Shown in pieces: positions 1 through 6,800 of a stretch of DNA of 6,800 bases (position 1 is its first letter; each line of letters opens with the position of its first letter). The position numbers were made by a program, and so were the translations under genes. Location: contig NW_021829202.1 of the NCBI RefSeq assembly GCF_006345805.1, forward strand, positions 1 to 6,800. Reading direction: 5' to 3'. The notes beneath the pieces are model-generated. The model searched no databases, was not told the DNA's origin, and saw only the letters and a program-made list of their open reading frames with translations. The DNA is from Octopus sinensis. Taxonomy: Eukaryota.

Positions 1-144
1 GTGTATATATATAGATTTATATGTAGAAAAATACAAATTGGGACAAGAACGTAAAACATTTAGAAGACGATACAAAAAACGGACGGGACATTTCGAGCCT
101 TTCAATCTTGAGTCAAGAACCGGATCAATTAGCAATTCGGCTGA

Positions 145-166
145 TTATTATATAATATATATATAT

Positions 167-199
<33 letters not shown>

Positions 200-216
200 T
201 AATATAATATATATAT
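145..216. repeat. (TA)n microsatellite, interrupted
   Basis: Directly visible TA dinucleotide run with a few TAA interruptions. Confidence 0.95.
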
Positions 217-370
217 GTAGGCGTGATAAAAAGCTGTCTTCCAACCACATGGTTCCGGGTCAGTCCCACTCCGTGGCAACTTGAGTAAGTGTCTTTTACT
301 ATAGCCTTGAGCCGATCAAATTTTTTTGAGTAGATTAGTAGCGGAAACTAAAAGAAAATCCCTTCGTCTA
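217..370 (+). mobile_element. 5' part of a tRNA-derived SINE (family 1), decayed
   Basis: tRNA-like head with degenerate B-box region (GGTTCCGGGTCAGTCCC, 251-267), then CTTGAGTAAGTGTCTTTTACTATAGCC resembling a CORE-like central segment, then ...GCGGAAACTAAAAGAAAATCCCTTCGTC running into (TA)n. Matches my recollection of an abundant octopus SINE; family name not verified. Confidence 0.75.
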
Positions 371-381
371 TATATATATCT

Positions 382-414
<33 letters not shown>

Positions 415-590
415 CTATATATTATATATATATATCTATTATATATTATATATATATAGTATATATATATAATTATATATATATATATACATACATATAT
501 ATATAGAGAGAGAGTGAAAGATAGAGAGAGAAAAAGAAAGAGAGATAGAGAGGGTTATATATATGTATGAGTGTGAGTTTGCGTGTATGT
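369..590. repeat. Compound microsatellite (TA)n - (GA)n - (TA/TG)n
   Basis: TA run 369-503, AG/GA-rich run about 504-553, TA/TG mix to 590. Confidence 0.95.
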
Positions 591-591
591 G

Positions 592-701
592 TTTATCTTT
601 TATTTTTATCTTTTACATCCTTCGGTCATGTTGTAGCACCCTTGAAGAATTTTTGGTAGAATGCATCAAACCCCAGTACTTATTTTTTTAAACTTTGTAC
701 T
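592..701 (-). mobile_element. 3' fragment of a SINE (probably family 1) in minus orientation
   Basis: Reverse complement reads ...AAAAAAATAAGTACTGGGGTTTGATGCATTC...GGTGCTACAACATGACC...GTAAAAGATAAAAATAAAAGATAAA, ending in a (TAAAAGA)-like tail. It shares AAATAAGTAC...GGG with the SINE copies at 4640-5106. Family assignment is from memory. Confidence 0.6.
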
Positions 702-776
702 ACACACACACACACACATGCACATATCAGCGCAATCGCTCCGCGCGCGCACACACACGCACACATATATATATAT
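701..776. repeat. (CA)n/(CG)n/(TA)n compound dinucleotide tract
   Basis: Visible CA run 701-719 and a strictly alternating pyrimidine-purine stretch 742-776. Confidence 0.9.
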
Positions 777-798
777 CTTCATCTCACATGATCCAGTA

Positions 799-1083
799 CA
801 GGAATTCCCAAACATTTTCGGGCTGCCGACTCTTTGGTACCCAGGCCGCATTTTTAGACCCGAAACCCTACACCACTACCATAAACATAGAACACCTTCT
901 GTAGCAAATCCAAAACATTTGAATTTCACAAATAAAGCTTAAACCAATGAACTCATTATTTAGTTGTTTCTAAATCCATCGCTCCCTTTTGGTTTCCCCA
1001 TTATCGCCCCACTTTTCTTCAACTCCCCTTGAATGTTTTCACCTCCCCTAGAGAGGCAGTACCGGCCACTTTGGGAACCACCG
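799..1083. mobile_element. Non-autonomous hAT element (Charlie/Buster-like MITE), 285 bp, both ends present
   Basis: Left TIR CAGGAATTCCCAAAC (799-813) and right TIR revcomp CGGTGGTTCCCAAAG (1069-1083) are 10/15 identical with a shared TTCCCAAA core, both resembling CAG(G/T)GGTTCCCAAA Charlie-type ends. Flanking 8-mers ATCCAGTA (791-798) and ACCTAGTA (1084-1091) are 6/8 identical; the right one has the central TA typical of Buster targets. Confidence 0.75.
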
Positions 1084-1552
1084 ACCTAGTATAATAACAT
1101 TCTATAATATGTGCTGTAAAAGGTATCCAACGATTGGAGATCGTCGCGATTATCTTTTAGAAGGAAAAATATTTGTAACTGTGACTTTCATAAAGATTGT
1201 GGTCATTAAGAGTGAAGTATGTGAAATAACTTCAACTTGGGACCGATCTTTGATCACTGGCTCAATTAAGAGAAATGTTATCACCACTTTTAATAGCTAG
1301 TATTTCTGTATTGTATACCAAATTTTGGTTTAATATTTGATCTATGAAACCGTTGTATGAACCGTTTTATCTTTCCACGAAAACTTGAGCTTTGACCTGC
1401 CACACCTAATACTTATATATGATGCGTCAATACATTAACATTGGTATTATGAAACAGTCAGACGACTGGTTACACCCGTTTGCCATCTTAAATGACACGG
1501 GTCGTACACGAGCCAATGTCAGCCCAACAACACAAATATTGATAACGTCAGC

Positions 1553-1553
1553 A

Positions 1554-1588
<35 letters not shown>

Positions 1589-1591
1589 ATA
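1553..1591. repeat. (ATAA)n tetranucleotide microsatellite
   Basis: Nine perfect ATAA units plus a partial unit. Confidence 0.97.
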
Positions 1592-1635
1592 TACATAATC
1601 AATGACAAATATAGTGGAAAGAACATCAATCATCC

Positions 1636-1689
1636 ATAACAGCAACAACAGTAGCAACAACAGCAACAACAACGGCAACAAAAAAAAAA
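1636..1689. repeat. Degenerate (CAA/CAG)n followed by A run
   Basis: AACAGCAACAACAGTAGCAACAAC... then poly-A to 1689. Confidence 0.9.
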
Positions 1690-1700
1690 CGATAATAATA

Positions 1701-1915
1701 GTGATTTTTAGTTTTGGCCTAAGGCCAGCGAATTCGGGGAGAGGGGTTAAGTCGATTACATCGATCTTAGTGCTCAATTGGTGCTTATTTCATCGACCTC
1801 GAAAGGTTGAAAAGGCAAAGTCGACCTCGGCGGAATTTGAACTGAGAAGGTAAAGAGAAACGAAATGCCGCTCGGCATTTTATCCGACGTGCTAACGATT
1901 CCCCTAAGGTAGCCG
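1701..1915 (-). mobile_element. Near full-length tRNA-derived SINE (family 2, copy A)
   Basis: Minus strand: ...GAATCGTTAGCACG... head, B-box-like AGTTCAAATTCC, body GAGGTCGACTTTGCCTTT...GTCGATGAAATAAGCACC, end GGCCTTAGGCCAAAA. 1811-1843 is 32/33 identical to the reverse complement of 4966-4998. Confidence 0.9.
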
Positions 1916-1919
1916 TCTG

Positions 1920-2014
1920 AATAATGATAATAATAATGATGATGATGATGATGATAGCAGCAGCTACAACAACAACAACAGTAATATATAATAAATAATA
2001 TAATAATAATAATA

Positions 2015-2057
<43 letters not shown>

Positions 2058-2097
2058 ATTATTATGATTATATTATATTATTATTATTATTATTATT
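1920..2097. repeat. Compound trinucleotide tract (ATG/ATA, CAG, CAA, TAA) switching to (TTA)n at 2015/2016
   Basis: Directly visible. The (TTA)n part, 2016-2097, abuts the 3' end of the minus-strand LINE fragment and is its tail or target. Confidence 0.95.
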
Positions 2098-2260
2098 CAG
2101 TAGTTTTATTTTTTATAGCGTGCTTTCACATCACTACCGAAGCGCAGCTCTGTGTGCCTTGGGTATGTGCTGTGATTTGTTTGTGATGCTCTGATGGTTA
2201 TTGTATGGAAAGTGTTTTCGCGTAGGATGTGTGCAGTGCCTAGTAGTGCAATTTTCTGTA
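2098..2260 (-). mobile_element. 5'-truncated 3' end of a Dong/R4-type (RLE) non-LTR retrotransposon, copy D2
   Basis: Minus-strand translation VQKIALLGTAHILR matches the conserved QK.ALLGTA.ILR C-terminus of R4/Dong ORFs. The 3' UTR is homologous to 2535-2630 and ends ...CTACTG-(AAT)n. 2232-2255 is the exact reverse complement of 2477-2500 (24 nt). Confidence 0.85.
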
Positions 2261-2304
2261 CTGCACACATCCTACGCAGAACACTTTCCATACAATAACC
2301 ATCA
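2260..2304 (+). repeat. Inverted (fold-back) duplication of 2192-2237
   Basis: Two perfect stems of 25 bp and 18 bp separated by a 3x2 internal loop, with a 22 nt loop (2238-2259). Confidence 0.97.
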
Positions 2305-2355
<51 letters not shown>

Positions 2356-2362
2356 TATTATA
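2305..2362. repeat. (TTA)n microsatellite between the two LINE fragments
   Basis: Directly visible. Confidence 0.97.
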
Positions 2363-4120
<1,758 letters not shown>

Positions 4121-4129
4121 TTCGTGTCA

Positions 4130-4153
4130 TTCTGGCTCAACGCCAGCAATTTT
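4130..4153 (-). mobile_element. Possible very decayed 3' tip of a family-2 SINE
   Basis: TTCTGGCTCAACGCCAGCAATTTT vs 1712-1735 TTTTGGCCTAAGGCCAGCGAATTC: 17/24 identical, and it sits next to a TAA tract as copy A does. Confidence 0.35.
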
Positions 4154-4639
4154 GAAGTGTGGTGTATCGCTCCCAATTATATAACTGTTATATAATTTTA
4201 TTCTGTTCTGTATTACTTGAAATCCTTTTGCGCCTTGTCTTCGTAGCTGCATCAAAAGGCGAATACTTTGTCATTTGATGGGTCCCGAAGGACTCGCTTC
4301 CCGGGGACCGTAAAGTTGTTTCACGACTTCAGCACTTATATTGGACTTATCATATTTTCCGTCTTACAAATCGAAGTTTTCATACGAAAATTTACAATGA
4401 AAAATATAGTAGGTCGATTTATATATACACCGTGGCGATCTTGGTGAACCAGAAATTCCTGTTGAAACGTGGTGCGATTTGGAAAAATGGCGACGATGTT
4501 TAGATGTTTACACTAATTGTTCACACTATATAGTACTTCGCATTCTATGCCACAAAATACCGCACATGTGAAGCACATTCTATTGGCCTAACATTCATTT
4601 AGAGGAAAGGTCAGTCGCAAAGTACAACGCAACATAAAA

Positions 4640-4856
4640 GCGGACTAAATTCAAAGAAACCGTTAGCACGCCGAATAAAATGCTAAGCTGCATTTCGTCC
4701 GGCTTTACGTTCTGAACTCATATTTCGTCGAGGTTGACTTCGCATTTCATCATTTCAGTGTCGATAAAATAAGTAACACTCGAGTACTAGGGTTGATATA
4801 ATAAACTGCCTGCTACTCTCAAAAACTAGTGGCCCTGTGCCAAAATTCGAAACCAG
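4640..4856 (+). mobile_element. tRNA-derived SINE family 2, copy B (full length, more decayed)
   Basis: Collinear with the reverse complement of copy A: CGTTAGCACG, AAATGC..GCATTTCG, CGAGGTTGACTT, GTCGATAAAATAAG, GGCCCTGTGCCAAAA. The B-box is degraded (GAACTCATATTTCG). Confidence 0.85.
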
Positions 4857-4909
4857 CATATATATATATTATATAAGTAATCTATATGTATTACATATGT
4901 ACTATATAA

Positions 4910-4945
4910 TAACGTATATTATGTATTTAACGTATATTATGTATT
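4910..4945 (+). repeat. Perfect tandem duplication of 18-mer TAACGTATATTATGTATT
   Basis: 4910-4927 equals 4928-4945 exactly. Confidence 0.95.
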
Positions 4946-5106
4946 ATCGTCCTCTTTATATTCTGAGTTCAAATTCCGCTGAGGTCGACTTTGCCTTTCA
5001 ATTCTTTGGGGATCGATAAAATAAGTACCAGATGAGCACTAGGGCCTATGTATTAGATTTACGCCCTCCCTCAAAATTTACTAGCCTTCTGTCAAAATTT
5101 CAAACC
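4946..5106 (+). mobile_element. SINE family 2, copy C (5'-truncated, B-box retained)
   Basis: Starts at ATCGTCCTCTTT, contains AGTTCAAATTCCGCTGAGGTCGACTTTGCCTTT and GATCGATAAAATAAGTACCAG, and ends CAAAATTTCAAACC. Confidence 0.88.
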
Positions 5107-5314
5107 GAAATATATGTATTATATAAGTAATAATTAAATTATGTTATGCACTTCATTGCGTTTCATCATATGCGAGATCTTCTGGAAAATTTGTCTTAGT
5201 ATGTAACCATCTATGGTGCAAAAGAGATTGGGGACTGCGTATCTAAGGATTGGAAATATGAAATCCGGTAGTGATGTTTAACAGCAGTTACACTAGTTTT
5301 CCCTGCAAGACAAC

Positions 5315-5332
5315 CACACACACACACACACA
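5315..5332. repeat. (CA)n microsatellite
   Basis: Directly visible. Confidence 0.95.
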
Positions 5333-5489
5333 TACCAAGACGATTTCGTTTAGAATATGAGACGGTGAATGTCTGTTTCCAAATAACTGAAAGAATTCAT
5401 AAGAAATATGAAAAAAAGTAACCTGGATCAGAGAGGGAACAACAATATGGCCATGTTTTGAATGTAGCATGCTCCCACCTATATATGGA

Positions 5490-5738
5490 TATGCGTGTGA
5501 ATGTATGTGTGTGCTTGTGTGTGTAAACATATAGTGTGAGTGTGTGTATACATATGAATATATATGTGTGTATATATATAATATACCAGTGTGTATGTGT
5601 GCATATATATGTATATATATATATATATATATAGGTTTGTATGTATATGTATATACATATAAGCTTGCACACACACACATGTTTAAAGATACATAGATAC
5701 AAGCGCACACACTCGAATGTATCCATTTTTGTCCCCAC

Positions 5739-5771
<33 letters not shown>

Positions 5772-5853
5772 CATACATACATATATACATATATGCCTGT
5801 GTGCGTTTCTGAAGAGAGAAAGAGATAGAGAGAGAAGGAGAGGGTGGAGGGGT
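5490..5853. repeat. Compound dinucleotide region (TG/TA, CA, CT, TA, GA)
   Basis: TG/TA mix 5490-5660, CA about 5669-5678, CT about 5738-5768, TA/CA to 5795, GA-rich 5813-5853. Confidence 0.92.
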
Positions 5854-5984
5854 TAGAGCAATAGCGAAAGAATGCTATCATTGTTCGTGCGATAACGGAT
5901 CACTTGACCTTTCGTGTTTGTCATACTAGCGACACACTTCCGTTGTCTTCCGTTAAACAACAGGGCAGCCAGCCGCCATTAGTA

Positions 5985-6315
5985 CACAAACACACCCACA
6001 CAAATATCAATAAAAACGACAAAAAAAAAACCCAAAAAAAAGCAAAAAAAACAACGATAACGATGACGATGACGATGACGGTGATGACAACTATAGCAAA
6101 CAGCAAACAAAAGAAAACAAAACAAGCAAACCGCCCAAATGCGTATAAGAGTACTAATGCAGCAACGACGGCAATATCAACGCTGACGTTGACAAAGACG
6201 ATGACAACAAACGCTTAAACAAATAAATACAGCATCATTATAGCATCAACTAATAGCACCAACAAGACAACAGCAAAACCACCACCACCACCAACAACAA
6301 CAATAGTAATGACAA
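5985..6315 (+). repeat. A/C-rich low-complexity region with (ACGATG)n, A runs, (CCA)n, (CAA)n
   Basis: ACGATAACGATGACGATGACGATGACGG near 6054-6081; CCACCACCACCACCAACAACAACA near 6279-6302. Confidence 0.85.
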
Positions 6316-6462
6316 GGAAACGAGACTAAGATATATTGTATATAACATTTACGGAAAATGGCGGAAATACGATAGTAAAAAGAAAGAAGTGGGGTTAAAA
6401 ATGCGTTTTAAAAATGAAGAAAATTTAAGGTCAAAATTGCTTATTTTGGCGAGAGATGGATA

Positions 6463-6560
6463 CTGTAAATCCTCGAGTATAATCCGCATTTTCCCCCACA
6501 AAATTTAAAGGTCAAAATTCCTAGTGCGTACTATATACGAGGTTAAAAATGAAAATTATT
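6463..6560 (+). mobile_element. Probable left end of a Tc1/mariner-superfamily DNA transposon (Tc2/Kanga/pogo-like); right boundary not determined
   Basis: TA (6461-6462) followed by CTGTAAATCCTCGAGTATAATCCGCA, resembling TA-CCGTA...CGAGTATAA..CGCA termini recalled for Tc2-like elements. Subterminal inverted pair 6471-6488 / 6525-6542 (14/18). No partner TIR found up to 6800. Confidence 0.55.
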
Positions 6561-6800
6561 TTCTAAGCAATGTTCGAGTCTCTATTTGCTGTCCGGCAAT
6601 GTATATTCAGACGCATTTTGTGATGTCGGGCGCGAAAATACCTTAACTTAAGCCTGAAAGCAATAAAGTCATAAAAGAATCATCCAAAACTTGCAGTTAG
6701 CAACATTTATTAAACGTTATTGCTGTTATTTCTTTATTTTCTGCAGACAAAATGCACAAAAAAGCTACACATTTGCATTGTTATATATAACAATAATGTA

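Noticed and set aside
25-150. Minus-strand ...CTCAAGA-TTGAAAGGCTC-GAAA-TGTC resembling a Penelope-type minimal hammerhead core (CUGANGA...GAAA)
   Set aside because: The core reads CTCAAGA rather than CTGANGA, and stems I and II do not pair. The segment may be a decayed repeat fragment, but a ribozyme is not supported.
661-942. ORFs 661-942, 666-851 and 695-904
   Set aside because: They span dinucleotide repeats and the non-coding hAT element; no recognisable domain.
1109-1300. 63 aa ORF in non-repetitive sequence
   Set aside because: No recognisable motif or convincing splice context; length is within chance expectation.
1863-1880. Perfect 8 bp hairpin AAATGCCG-CT-CGGCATTT
   Set aside because: Part of the SINE tRNA-derived head; the same arms are present in copy B, so it is not an independent feature or a tRNA gene.
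1691-1935. GATAATAATA on both sides of SINE copy A as a possible TSD
   Set aside because: Low complexity; the left copy is probably the SINE tail and the right copy is 10 bp from the SINE 5' end inside a microsatellite.
4281-4309. GC-rich hairpin GGTCCC-GAAG-GACTCG-CTTC-CCG-GGGACC
   Set aside because: A short bulged stem with no U-tract or other context; not attributable to a terminator or known ncRNA.
4480-4590. Scattered motifs: AAAATGGCGA (YY1-like), CACATGTG E-box, ATTGG
   Set aside because: Isolated short motifs expected by chance, with no clustering or spacing signal.
5395-5475. Possible small minus-strand exon (TATAG|GTGGGAGC...GATCCAG|GTTACT)
   Set aside because: No polypyrimidine tract at the acceptor, a weak donor, and unrecognisable peptides.
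5288-6218. ORFs 5288-5881, 5397-5774, 5479-5676, 5641-5856, 5904-6218, 5921-6106
   Set aside because: Dominated by translated dinucleotide or A-rich repeats (YI, HT, ER, VC, TM runs).

Overview
AT-rich, microsatellite-saturated eukaryotic non-coding DNA. It is most likely from an octopod cephalopod; this is inferred from recalled resemblance of the SINEs to octopus tRNA-derived SINEs plus Dong/R4 LINE remnants, and was not database-checked. No host protein-coding exon, RNA gene or prokaryotic feature is supported, and most listed ORFs are translated microsatellites. The window holds two oppositely oriented, 5'-truncated 3' ends of a Dong/R4-type (RLE) non-LTR retrotransposon in TAA/TTA microsatellite (2098-2260 minus, 2363-2630 plus). 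The minus copy carries a near-perfect 45-46 bp fold-back at its 5' junction. Also present: a ~1.5 kb (TAA)n array with a duplicated compound block, three copies of one tRNA-derived SINE family, two fragments of a second SINE family, a complete 285 bp hAT (Charlie/Buster-like) non-autonomous element with a decayed 8 bp TSD, and one end of a probable Tc2/pogo-like element. I see no convincing new biological system. The best leads are the retrotransposon integration and rearrangement structures.
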